DNA of 64,000 bases from an uncultured virus (IMG/VR IMGVR_UViG_3300031867_000039) (IMGVR_UViG_3300031867_000039), one strand, 5' to 3'. Shown: positions 9,506-17,864, numbered from the stretch's first letter. The notes: a model not told the origin generated them from the sequence alone. A program made the numbers and translations.

Positions 9506-9708
9506 TATCAAATGATTAATTATTATGTTTTCTTATATGGTTCAGGTTATTCCTATAGTGACTGTACAACCATACCATATAAAAAGATGGATAAGTATAT
9601 ATTTATTTAATATAATACTTTTGAGAGTTGTTATGCAGTTAGTATAACTAACATAAATAGAGCTGTTATGCGCTTAGTTATAGCGGACCAGTTAACAGCC
9701 TTTTTTCT

Positions 9709-9730
9709 AGCCCACTTAATAGTGGGCTTT
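9709..9730. terminator. Hairpin terminator between convergent transcription units
   Basis: agcccact-taat-agtgggct followed by tt. Confidence 0.65.
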
Positions 9731-9738
9731 ACCTTAAT

Positions 9739-10059
9739 TCATATTGTTAATGTAATATCATTAAAACCAAAAATACTTAGGTATGCTGAAATCTTTGCTA
9801 CTATCTCTTTAATAGGTGTTTTTAAATAATTTATTATTTCATCTTCATGATAAAATCTACATACAAAATCCAAATCTTCAAATATTTGTATTGTAGCTAT
9901 TACTGTACCTGTAGATAATGTTATACGTAATGCTATATAGTGGCTTTGAACTTGAATATTACTAAGTAGTTTATAATTTTTATATAATTCATACTGAGGT
10001 ATTTCATATAATTCATCAGGGATATTTTTAATTATTTGTTCTATATCATTAATATTCAA
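9739..10059 (-). CDS. Paralogue-array protein 14 (unknown function)
   Basis: KNIPDELY ... AYLSIFGF. Confidence 0.85.
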   Translation of the reverse strand: MNINDIEQIIKNIPDELYEIPQYELYKNYKLLSNIQVQSHYIALRITLSTGTVIATIQIFEDLDFVCRFYHEDEIINYLKTPIKEIVAKISAYLSIFGFNDITLTI

Positions 10060-10060
10060 T

Positions 10061-10339
10061 TTAAAATTGCCTTATATTTACTTTATATCCAAGTAACTCA
10101 AAATAATTAATTAGTTTATTAGCTATATCTTTAGACATATCATCTTTAAACCAATCTAATATAGTTATACTGGTTTCATTATTTGGTTCAATAGTAATTG
10201 CTACTTTTTCAGAAAACATTCGAGGGTATTTATACTTTAATAAAATACTGTTATCTACAATAATACCTTTAACAAATCCTGTATAATATTCATTAGCATA
10301 TATATTTTTAGCATTATTTATTAATTCTAATATATCCAT
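10061..10339 (-). CDS. Paralogue-array protein 13
   Basis: LINNAKNIY ... NYFELLGY; start taken at MDILEL, just after the stop of the upstream gene. Confidence 0.8.
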   Translation of the reverse strand: MDILELINNAKNIYANEYYTGFVKGIIVDNSILLKYKYPRMFSEKVAITIEPNNETSITILDWFKDDMSKDIANKLINYFELLGYKVNIRQF

Positions 10340-10340
10340 A

Positions 10341-10613
10341 TTAAACCCATTTCTTGATATGAAATCCAAGTAAACTAAAGTATTCTTGTAATTGCTTTGT
10401 TATATTAAAAGCCCAATTATCAATTACAAGGGGTACTACATTAACATTATTAGTACCTTCCCAAAAGTTAATCTCTATTATATTTACATAATTAAAATCA
10501 TCATATCTTAAAAAATATGAGTACTTACCAAACCATTTATGTTCTGTAATATCTAAGAATCTATCATTAGAATAGATATCTTTAGCATTCTCAATCAGTT
10601 GTAAGTAACTCAT
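10341..10613 (-). CDS. Paralogue-array protein 12
   Basis: LIENAKDIY ... EYFSLLGF; close sister of 10061-10339. Confidence 0.85.
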   Translation of the reverse strand: MSYLQLIENAKDIYSNDRFLDITEHKWFGKYSYFLRYDDFNYVNIIEINFWEGTNNVNVVPLVIDNWAFNITKQLQEYFSLLGFHIKKWV

Positions 10614-10622
10614 ATTTATATC

Positions 10623-10979
10623 CTATTTATTTAAAATACTAATAATGCTTTGTTTATCTTCATCAGACATTACATCAATCTTCTGTCTTAATAATTTAAC
10701 TAGCTTGTTATTAACAGGTACATTACCAGTATGAACTACTTGGAATTCTTCTGATATACCATTACGACCCATAAACTGCTTTAAATAACCTATATCTAAG
10801 TCATATACTTTAGCTAGTTTATTAATTATAGGTTCACTTAATTCTCTTTTACCTGCTTCTATGTTGGATAAATGACAGCTAGATATTCCTATAGCTTTTG
10901 CCATATCTTTCTGTCTAATTAAATGATCTACACGATATTTACGAATATATACACCAAATTCTGTTAATTGCATTTTCAT
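10623..10979 (-). CDS. XRE-family helix-turn-helix DNA-binding protein
   Basis: FGVYIRKYR..QKDMAKAIGISSCHLSNIEAGKR. Confidence 0.9.
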   Translation of the reverse strand: MKMQLTEFGVYIRKYRVDHLIRQKDMAKAIGISSCHLSNIEAGKRELSEPIINKLAKVYDLDIGYLKQFMGRNGISEEFQVVHTGNVPVNNKLVKLLRQKIDVMSDEDKQSIISILNK

Positions 10980-10990
10980 CTTTTTACGTC

Positions 10991-11305
10991 CTATAAATAA
11001 AAATCTCTTTTTAAACCAAATACTGAGAAATAAGCTATCATTTTCTCTCCTATCTTACTGTATATAGCTGGTAGCTCTTGTCTTGGTTTATGTATTACAT
11101 GAACCAGATTAAAAGTATCCTCTCTCCAATCTACAATACAATCTATATCTATGTTTTGGTTATTACCCTTATACATAAATTTTTTACGTAGTTCTCGTAA
11201 AGATCGTATTTCATAACTTTCAATTTTAGTTGGGGATATACCATCTAATGTATAAATATCTTCTGGCATATTCTCTAATATCTTAATTGCTTCCTCTTTA
11301 GTCAT
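10991..11305 (-). CDS. Paralogue-array protein 11
   Basis: ENMPEDIY ... AYFSVFGL. Confidence 0.85.
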   Translation of the reverse strand: MTKEEAIKILENMPEDIYTLDGISPTKIESYEIRSLRELRKKFMYKGNNQNIDIDCIVDWREDTFNLVHVIHKPRQELPAIYSKIGEKMIAYFSVFGLKRDFYL

Positions 11306-11307
11306 AG

Positions 11308-11616
11308 TTAAGGTCCTATATATGTAAATCCCATTAGTATAAGATAATGTTTATATATACTAAGTGCTTCTGTTACTTTGCAATTAATATAAGCACTACG
11401 ATGTCCATTATCAAAATAAGTATATTGCATAGTTAAGAACTTATCATTATGTTGGATTAATATATCAGCTACAGCCATTTTATTGATAAATAGGTTAATC
11501 TCAGCCCATATATCTCTACCATCTCTTTTAACTTGTAATGATGTAGTTATACTAAAACCATCAAAATAAACCTTTGGTAGATTTTTATAAACCTTTCTAA
11601 TTTCTTTTTCTGTCAT
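11308..11616 (-). CDS. Paralogue-array protein 10
   Basis: KNLPKVYF ... HYLILMGF. Confidence 0.85.
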   Translation of the reverse strand: MTEKEIRKVYKNLPKVYFDGFSITTSLQVKRDGRDIWAEINLFINKMAVADILIQHNDKFLTMQYTYFDNGHRSAYINCKVTEALSIYKHYLILMGFTYIGP

Positions 11617-11918
11617 GATGTTTGTGTCCTTACTTCTACTAAACCAAATAAATTGAAATAGGCTGATATCTTTTTATGGATATTATTAAAGATTTTACAA
11701 CCATCATCATTTATATTGGTTAAAAAGGAATAAATTAAATATGCATTATTAGATGCAAATAGGGAAAAGGTAAATATCTTAGAATGTTTATACCATACAT
11801 TCAAAGTAACTGAATCTATCCTATCCGTATACATATCTGTATACATTTGCACATAACTATCCTTTAATAGTTCTTTAGGTATGTCTTCAACTATACCTAT
11901 TAATTCATTTATTCCCAT
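11613..11918 (-). CDS. Paralogue-array protein 9
   Basis: EDIPKELL ... AYFNLFGL. Confidence 0.85.
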   Translation of the reverse strand: MGINELIGIVEDIPKELLKDSYVQMYTDMYTDRIDSVTLNVWYKHSKIFTFSLFASNNAYLIYSFLTNINDDGCKIFNNIHKKISAYFNLFGLVEVRTQTS

Positions 11919-12282
11919 CTAATGTTATCCACCGTAAAAACATATTGCTATTACCTAAATTTACATTTTCTTTTAGACCTATTAACTTTAAATAGGTTGT
12001 ACATTTATCTTGGATATCTTGTATATCTATAACCTTAATATTTTCTGGTAATCTATTTGCAAATGACACTATATGTACTGTAAATGTTTTATCTGGATAA
12101 GCCTCAATACATAACAATGGTGGTAATCCATTATCAGTTTTAAAACCTACCATTAAACAATAACCACTATAGTATTTGCTCAATGATCTAGCACTATATG
12201 TAATTTCATCATTACTAAATACATCTTCAGGTATGCTATATAAGATTTTCCTAATCTCTTTCATTTTATTAAAATTTGCCAT
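11905..12282 (-). CDS. Paralogue-array protein 8
   Basis: YSIPEDVF ... TYLKLIGL; ATG at 12282 preceded by GAGGGA. Confidence 0.85.
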   Translation of the reverse strand: MANFNKMKEIRKILYSIPEDVFSNDEITYSARSLSKYYSGYCLMVGFKTDNGLPPLLCIEAYPDKTFTVHIVSFANRLPENIKVIDIQDIQDKCTTYLKLIGLKENVNLGNSNMFLRWITLDGNK

Positions 12283-12457
12283 ATTCCCTCTATACAATCT
12301 ATAAGTGTTGGTTTATAATATACACATATTAAGAATTTGGTACGTAACAGATTATTAATATCACGTATAGGTAACAACAGTAATATTTAATTGTGGCGGT
12401 ATAAATATTACTTAGTAATTACGCTATACACCCTCACTTCGATATAGCCAAACGCTT

Positions 12458-12476
12458 ACCCCCGCAAGGGGGTTTT
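12458..12476 (+). terminator. Plus-strand intrinsic terminator-like hairpin inside a minus-strand cluster
   Basis: accccc-gcaa-gggggt followed by T run; GNRA loop. Confidence 0.55.
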
Positions 12477-12826
12477 CATTTATAGAAATCATCCTCTAAA
12501 TTAAAACCTGTTATTTTAAGGTAGCTACATATTCTATTAACTGTATCTTGTATTATCTTAGGTAAGGAACTTATTAATCCACCTGATAAAGTACTATTTT
12601 TTATATAGAAGAAATCATCTGTATATACACGTACACTAAATGCATCATGTTCTTTAAAAAGAACATCTACTATATACGTAGACATATCAGTACCACCATC
12701 AAATTGTAAACCAACTTTTATACCACTTAGATTATCTTCAAAATATACTTTTAATAGGTTATATAATATTGCTGGATCATTTGATAATGACTTTAAAACA
12801 AATACCTTTAATTCATTCTCTGTCAT
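12476..12826 (-). CDS. Paralogue-array protein 7
   Basis: MTENEL start; SYLKITGF C-terminal motif. Confidence 0.8.
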   Translation of the reverse strand: MTENELKVFVLKSLSNDPAILYNLLKVYFEDNLSGIKVGLQFDGGTDMSTYIVDVLFKEHDAFSVRVYTDDFFYIKNSTLSGGLISSLPKIIQDTVNRICSYLKITGFNLEDDFYK

Positions 12827-13143
12827 AATTCTTTAAATCCCATTAATGTTAGATAAGTTGCAATCCTCTTTTTAACTAGTTCATAACACTTTATATGAAG
12901 TTTAGTTTCACTACCTATCTGACTAATTACACAATTAAATGTACCATTTACCAGTAATTCTATACAAATAGTAGCATTCTTATATAACCCAGATAATGAT
13001 TCATACCTAATTATAAATACAATACTATCACTATGTTCTTGTAAGTAAGGTATACCATTAAACCTTATATTTCTATGGCATAACTTAGTAAAAGGTATAT
13101 TCTCTTTTATTTGTTTTAATTCATTTATGCTATATTTCATCAT
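12823..13143 (-). CDS. Paralogue-array protein 6
   Basis: ENIPFTKL ... TYLTLMGF. Confidence 0.85.
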   Translation of the reverse strand: MMKYSINELKQIKENIPFTKLCHRNIRFNGIPYLQEHSDSIVFIIRYESLSGLYKNATICIELLVNGTFNCVISQIGSETKLHIKCYELVKKRIATYLTLMGFKEL

Positions 13144-13465
13144 CTGTGTATAGCCCCATTAATTTTAAATAGTTAATTAATTTATAACATATATCTTGCA
13201 AGAACCCTGCAGGACAATCTTTTGGTTCATGCATAGTACCTTGATATCTTACTTTAATAGCAAAGTACCATGAATTACCCTTTGTATGAGTTATATGTAC
13301 ATATATATTATTTAAATCATACATAGGATGATAGTGATACTCTACTACTTGAGAAGCATATCCGTAATTCATAAAATAAATGTTATTTGGTTCAATATCA
13401 TTTAGTGAGTATATTTCTTTTGGTATGTTTCTTAGTATTTCCATTCGTGGATCTAAGTAGTGCAT
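13130..13465 (-). CDS. Paralogue-array protein 5
   Basis: RNIPKEIY ... NYLKLMGL; start placed at MHYLD (uncertain). Confidence 0.8.
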   Translation of the reverse strand: MHYLDPRMEILRNIPKEIYSLNDIEPNNIYFMNYGYASQVVEYHYHPMYDLNNIYVHITHTKGNSWYFAIKVRYQGTMHEPKDCPAGFLQDICYKLINYLKLMGLYTDDEI

Positions 13466-13823
13466 CTTTAATTGCCCCTGACATCTTTTGTAATAAGCCA
13501 GCATCAGTAAACTCCAAATCTTTTATATGAAACGATGGAATCGTTGAAGACTGTTCATACATAGTAGCTCTCTTTTCCTTTAATCCGAGTAAATCCATAT
13601 AAGCTCGTAGTCTATCAGCTAATAGCTTTATTTCATTATTTATATAGTCTGAATAAATAGTATATCTATATTCATCACCATATAGCTTTATAGCTACTAC
13701 ACACTCTCCTTGGTACATAAACCATATTGAATCTTGGTTTGGATCATACTTTAATTTAATTGGATAATTAGGAATATTATATATATCAGTAGGCATACTT
13801 TTTAATAAATCTTTAGTTCTCAT
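13398..13823 (-). CDS. Paralogue-array protein 4 with C-terminal extension
   Basis: KSMPTDIY ... AYMDLLGL followed by ~55 extra aa. Confidence 0.8.
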   Translation of the reverse strand: MRTKDLLKSMPTDIYNIPNYPIKLKYDPNQDSIWFMYQGECVVAIKLYGDEYRYTIYSDYINNEIKLLADRLRAYMDLLGLKEKRATMYEQSSTIPSFHIKDLEFTDAGLLQKMSGAIKDALLRSTNGNTKKHTKRNILTK

Positions 13824-13832
13824 ATAACACCT

Positions 13833-14153
13833 TTAACATTTTAAATATTTAATTCCCATCATAGTAAAATATACACCTAACTTCTTATAGAACTTATATT
13901 CCTTACCAACTAAGTCATCTGCTAAATCTAAAGATATACTATTTAATGCATCTGCATTTTGAACTGTTTTATAACAAGCATAATAAAAATGAAATGCAGC
14001 TTTTTGACTAAGTAAATCCGCTGAATAACATTTAAAGTCTCTAGTATTATTAGTTTTATTTATTCTTACTTTTAATTGTTCACCCTCAAATACTAATAGT
14101 TCTTTAGGTATATTAAGCATTAAAGATTTAAATTCTTTGAATGAGAGACTCAT
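13833..14153 (-). CDS. Paralogue-array protein 3
   Basis: LNIPKELL ... VYFTMMGI. Confidence 0.85.
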   Translation of the reverse strand: MSLSFKEFKSLMLNIPKELLVFEGEQLKVRINKTNNTRDFKCYSADLLSQKAAFHFYYACYKTVQNADALNSISLDLADDLVGKEYKFYKKLGVYFTMMGIKYLKC

Positions 14154-14442
14154 AGGTATACCCCATTAAATTAAGCCAAGTATCTAGTTTCTTTAATTTA
14201 TCAGGTAAATGATATGATACCCACATACCTTCAACAAATTGAACACTATATTTACCATCTTTAATAATTAATTTTAAATAAGTAGCTGCGAACATAGTTG
14301 CTGAGTAATATGCAAAAATCTCTATTTGAGGTATATAACTTTTATCTACTATAGCAAGTCTTCTTAATTTTTTATTATGTAATTTAAAGTATCTTACAGG
14401 TATATTTAAATCTTTTAATCTAACTACATTCTGTTTTATCAT
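14128..14442 (-). CDS. Paralogue-array protein 2
   Basis: LNIPVRYF ... TWLNLMGY. Confidence 0.85.
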   Translation of the reverse strand: MIKQNVVRLKDLNIPVRYFKLHNKKLRRLAIVDKSYIPQIEIFAYYSATMFAATYLKLIIKDGKYSVQFVEGMWVSYHLPDKLKKLDTWLNLMGYTYESLIQRI

Positions 14443-14762
14443 TTTTTCTTTTTCCTGCCTAATCCAAACATATCCAAAAAGGTAGTTAATCTATCCCTCA
14501 TTTCTGGATCTCCTTGGATAATAAACTTATTAGTATTGAATTTAACTATTAAAAGTAACGTATCACACTCGTAATCATTACGTAATATATACTTAACTTC
14601 TATAGCTTGTGGATCATTTTCTGAAATGTATGTAGTATATGTACATGATGTATATTTACTATTATCAGTAAATAATTCAGTAGGTATATTATCAATAAGT
14701 CTACATGCATTATAGAATTTACTGTTAAAAGTTAAATTAGAACCTTTTAACATCATTCTCAT
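14439..14762 (-). CDS. Paralogue-array protein 1
   Basis: DNIPTELF ... TFLDMFGL. Confidence 0.85.
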   Translation of the reverse strand: MRMMLKGSNLTFNSKFYNACRLIDNIPTELFTDNSKYTSCTYTTYISENDPQAIEVKYILRNDYECDTLLLIVKFNTNKFIIQGDPEMRDRLTTFLDMFGLGRKKKK

Positions 14763-15112
14763 AATTCAGTAATCCCTAATTTAAATTTATCATTTAAGTA
14801 CTTAGCTAATAAATGTCTATGACAGAAGTTACCTGGTTTTTCCCAACATAATAAAACTACATCTTTATCTAAACCTTGTAACCCTTTAACTATTGGTTCT
14901 AAATTCCTAGAGTCTAATAAAGCTATATATTTCTTATAATATTCAGCCTCATCAATCTTTCTGGTTTTATATTCATTAAGTAATTCCCATGTTGGCATAA
15001 ATTCACGTATCTGATAATCTACAGTAAATCTTGCCGGAATACTTAATGAAATACTCATCTTAATAAAATTATTAAAACCCTTACCATTTGCGTAATAACT
15101 TGTATAAATCAT
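14759..15112 (-). CDS. DUF488-like protein
   Basis: MIYTSYY start with GAGGT RBS; LLCWEKPGNFCHRHLLA motif. Confidence 0.75.
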   Translation of the reverse strand: MIYTSYYANGKGFNNFIKMSISLSIPARFTVDYQIREFMPTWELLNEYKTRKIDEAEYYKKYIALLDSRNLEPIVKGLQGLDKDVVLLCWEKPGNFCHRHLLAKYLNDKFKLGITEL

Positions 15113-15159
15113 ATTTACCTCGTTGAATAAAAAATCATATGAGTGCTGAAAGCACAAAT

Positions 15160-15183
15160 AAAAAACCCTGTATAGAACAGGGT
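15160..15183 (-). terminator. Intrinsic terminator
   Basis: Minus strand accctgt-tctat-acagggt followed by T run. Confidence 0.8.
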
Positions 15184-15197
15184 AGAAAAAGAAATAG

Positions 15198-15395
15198 TTA
15201 ATTACTTTTACGTAGATATAGCGTTAATGCAATAGTACATAAGTCTACTATATTTTGGTCTTTTGGTTTAGTTATGAATTGAAAACCACGATCCATTAGA
15301 TTCTGCATTAACACTTCATTTGATATATCTTTTGGATATAAGAATGTAGTATTTTCTTTAATATGTTTTAATAGTTCATCTAGCTTATCTTCCAT
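15198..15395 (-). CDS. Hypothetical protein
   Basis: MEDKL start with GGAG RBS, overlapping the upstream gene end. Confidence 0.7.
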   Translation of the reverse strand: MEDKLDELLKHIKENTTFLYPKDISNEVLMQNLMDRGFQFITKPKDQNIVDLCTIALTLYLRKSN

Positions 15396-15630
15396 TATAT
15401 AATCTCCATGCATGTAGACAAGCTACTGAAAGATGGTATAGATTCTCTTCCCATTCTTTCATATTCTTAGCATTAGCTAATTCTTCATATTCCATTTTAA
15501 TAATGGCATTAGCACCATCAATATTATTAGGATATTTATTCCATGTACTTGGTTTATGTTCATCTACTTCGTGACACTTGTGCATGAATTCAATATCCTC
15601 TGGTTCATCTCTCTTAGTAATAATTAACAT
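15385..15630 (-). CDS. Hypothetical protein
   Basis: MLIITK start with GGAG RBS just after the terminator. Confidence 0.7.
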   Translation of the reverse strand: MLIITKRDEPEDIEFMHKCHEVDEHKPSTWNKYPNNIDGANAIIKMEYEELANAKNMKEWEENLYHLSVACLHAWRLYNGR

Positions 15631-15641
15631 AAGATACTCCG

Positions 15642-15664
15642 AAAAAGGGTTCCGAAGAACCCTT
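15642..15664 (-). terminator. Intrinsic terminator with cUUCGg loop
   Basis: Minus strand aagggttc-ttcg-gaaccctt followed by ttt. Confidence 0.85.
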
Positions 15665-15691
15665 AAAACACGAGGAAATACACATGACAAG

Positions 15692-16354
15692 TTAACCGGC
15701 AGTAGTTGTAGTCTTCAACTGACTAACAATACTTTGAGTCTGCTCAAGGATATTTACCTTAGATTTAGCATCTGCTAAAGCACCTGCAATATATTCAGTC
15801 TGAATCTGTCTCTGCAGTTCTCTATTAGCACAACCCTCTTTATCAATAGCTTTAAGCAGTTCATTATGCTGCTGAGTAAGCTGTAGTGCTAACTGCTGCT
15901 GAGACAGTCTAGCTTCATATCCCTGATTTGTAATATTCTGGTTTACTCCTGCTATAGCCTGAGCTAGGTTAGCACCTAATCCCATAATAGCAGCAGTAAA
16001 GTCTGTACCTATCTTGGCAATACCTAACTGAGTATTACCCTGACCCTGTACATTAGCTAAATTTGCCTGGTAGATAGCATTATTAGTATCTCTACCATTA
16101 GAGTTAATAGCTTCTGTAGTAGTCTGTGCTGCACTGTTTACAGCCTGTTGTGTAGCTAATCCATTACTTACAGCTTGAGACTGAATAGCACTGAGCTGAT
16201 TAGCAACATAAGTATTATTGTTACCGCCTCCAAATCCATTTCCATTCATTCCCTGACCAAACCAAGAACCAATTAAACCACCAAATCCAGCTCCTAAAGC
16301 AGGACCACCAAACCCATTGTTAGTATCTACATAGGTGTGTTCAACATCACTCAT
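15692..16354 (-). CDS. Gly/Asn/Gln-rich hypothetical protein with C-terminal coiled coil
   Basis: AAGGAG RBS before MSDVEH; own terminator; CAG-rich codon usage like the capsid gene. Confidence 0.8.
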   Translation of the reverse strand: MSDVEHTYVDTNNGFGGPALGAGFGGLIGSWFGQGMNGNGFGGGNNNTYVANQLSAIQSQAVSNGLATQQAVNSAAQTTTEAINSNGRDTNNAIYQANLANVQGQGNTQLGIAKIGTDFTAAIMGLGANLAQAIAGVNQNITNQGYEARLSQQQLALQLTQQHNELLKAIDKEGCANRELQRQIQTEYIAGALADAKSKVNILEQTQSIVSQLKTTTTAG

Positions 16355-16559
16355 AAATATCTCCTTATAAAAGTGTTTAACCACATATTCATTTTAATGT
16401 GGTTTAATGAGATATTATGTAAATTAATATTGAATTATTATTTACTTAAATACCAATCATATAGGTATGGTATGTTGGTTTATTGGTTCTTAATAAGCTA
16501 TAGCAAGAAATGCTAGAAATAACTCATATAGATTTAAGACATAAAATTTTTAATATAAA

Positions 16560-16808
16560 TTATTTTAATGTTTCTTTCTTTGTCTCCAATTTTTCTATTT
16601 CTTCTTTAAGATTTTCTAAACGATCTCTAACAGATCTAATTTGATAGTCATAATCAGATATCCTATCCCTTAAATTCTCTTTTTCATTACTTAACAACAT
16701 TATATAGAGTCTAAAGAAAATAGCTGCAATTATAGCTACAATAATTACTGCTGCTAAAATCCAAGTCATTATTATGATATATTCAGGAATTAAGGATGCC
16801 ATCTTCAT
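16560..16808 (-). CDS. Membrane-anchored coiled-coil hypothetical protein
   Basis: One hydrophobic segment followed by a heptad-rich region. Confidence 0.7.
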   Translation of the reverse strand: MKMASLIPEYIIIMTWILAAVIIVAIIAAIFFRLYIMLLSNEKENLRDRISDYDYQIRSVRDRLENLKEEIEKLETKKETLK

Positions 16809-17022
16809 CTATCTCCTTTTGTTCTTCTATTAACAATACTTCCATAGTAGTCTTCTTGGTTTTAGAGTCATGCCATTCATGTAGATATACATCTTCTATA
16901 TTATGCTGTTCATTACATTTATAGAATGTCTCAAACTCTAACTTAACAGTTAAATTACCACCATCTACATCTGGTAGATTTTTAATCTTTTGTAGTTCGC
17001 TTATTAATTCGTTTACTGTCAT
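16783..17022 (-). CDS. Hypothetical protein (MTVxELIxxL phage family)
   Basis: MTVNELISELQK start with GGGAG RBS. Confidence 0.7.
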   Translation of the reverse strand: MTVNELISELQKIKNLPDVDGGNLTVKLEFETFYKCNEQHNIEDVYLHEWHDSKTKKTTMEVLLIEEQKEIDEDGILNS

Positions 17023-17230
17023 TGGTTCTCCCCTTTTTCTCATCTTTTACAATTTGAAGCAATATAGATAAATAGTAATGATATCTCTTCCAAGTAGATG
17101 CCTCTAAAGCAAATTGACTTACCCTTCCTATATCTATCTTAAATTCAAGTTTATCTATATCATCTTTAAGTTGTTCTATGAGTATATCTAAATCCTTATT
17201 ACTCATCTTTTGAAGGTTATGCATCTTCAT
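16982..17230 (-). CDS. Hypothetical protein
   Basis: Coupled ORF in the minus-strand operon. Confidence 0.6.
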   Translation of the reverse strand: MKMHNLQKMSNKDLDILIEQLKDDIDKLEFKIDIGRVSQFALEASTWKRYHYYLSILLQIVKDEKKGRTNDSKRINKRTTKD

Positions 17231-17508
17231 TTCTCTTTTCTTTTATTGGATTTCTCAATTAACTTCTGTTGCCACGGTTCAAATTCATTAATATGACCAC
17301 TAATTAACTGTTTCCTATATTCTTTTGCATAGAATATACATCTTTCCCATTGATACTTATACATCTTTAATTTATGTAGGGTTTCTGGTTTTACCTTATC
17401 ATTTAGCATCTTGGTTTCAAGATGTAATAACTTACGCCTAAATGCATCAATATCATTTGATACTCTATTAATAATTACTTTAACATCTTCTGCCATTAGA
17501 ATTCCCAC
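17227..17508 (-). CDS. Hypothetical protein
   Basis: Coupled ORF in the minus-strand operon. Confidence 0.65.
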   Translation of the reverse strand: MGILMAEDVKVIINRVSNDIDAFRRKLLHLETKMLNDKVKPETLHKLKMYKYQWERCIFYAKEYRKQLISGHINEFEPWQQKLIEKSNKRKEK

Positions 17509-17828
17509 CCATTTAAATGTAAATACTCAATAAATCTATTTCTAGCTTTTTTACTTACTGTAGAAGTAGATCCATATAAAGCATGATACATTATACGTGA
17601 CCATTTATCATTACTTGAATGTAACCATATACTTATAGTAACAGGTGTTATAAACCCTGTTTTTTTATTTCTATACTCAAAAAAGATAACTAAAGTATTA
17701 CCATAATTTTCTTTTTCCCAACCACTATAATACCTTAGATGAATTACTTCTTGTGTTCTTGTGTCAAATATCTGTTTAAATAATTCTAAATTACAGATAC
17801 TAGATAAATCTCTTATTGTTGCTTTCAT
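17496..17828 (-). CDS. Outlying member of the paralogue family (probable)
   Basis: 110 aa, GAGG RBS, ends EYLHLNGWEF matching the Y-L-x-L-x-G motif. Confidence 0.65.
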   Translation of the reverse strand: MKATIRDLSSICNLELFKQIFDTRTQEVIHLRYYSGWEKENYGNTLVIFFEYRNKKTGFITPVTISIWLHSSNDKWSRIMYHALYGSTSTVSKKARNRFIEYLHLNGWEF

Positions 17829-17839
17829 TTATACCTCAT

Positions 17840-17864
17840 AAAAAAGCCCCTAATACTAGGGGCT
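17840..17864 (-). terminator. Intrinsic terminator
   Basis: Minus strand agccccta-gtat-taggggct followed by T run. Confidence 0.8.

Noticed and set aside
12389..12409. lac operator look-alike (aattgtggcggtataaatatt)
   Set aside because: Needs gaps and mismatches to fit lacO; better explained as part of a local inverted repeat
9739..14762. Diversity-generating retroelement or recombinase-driven shuffling behind the array
   Set aside because: No reverse transcriptase, invertase or near-identical nucleotide repeats are visible in the window; the divergence looks old
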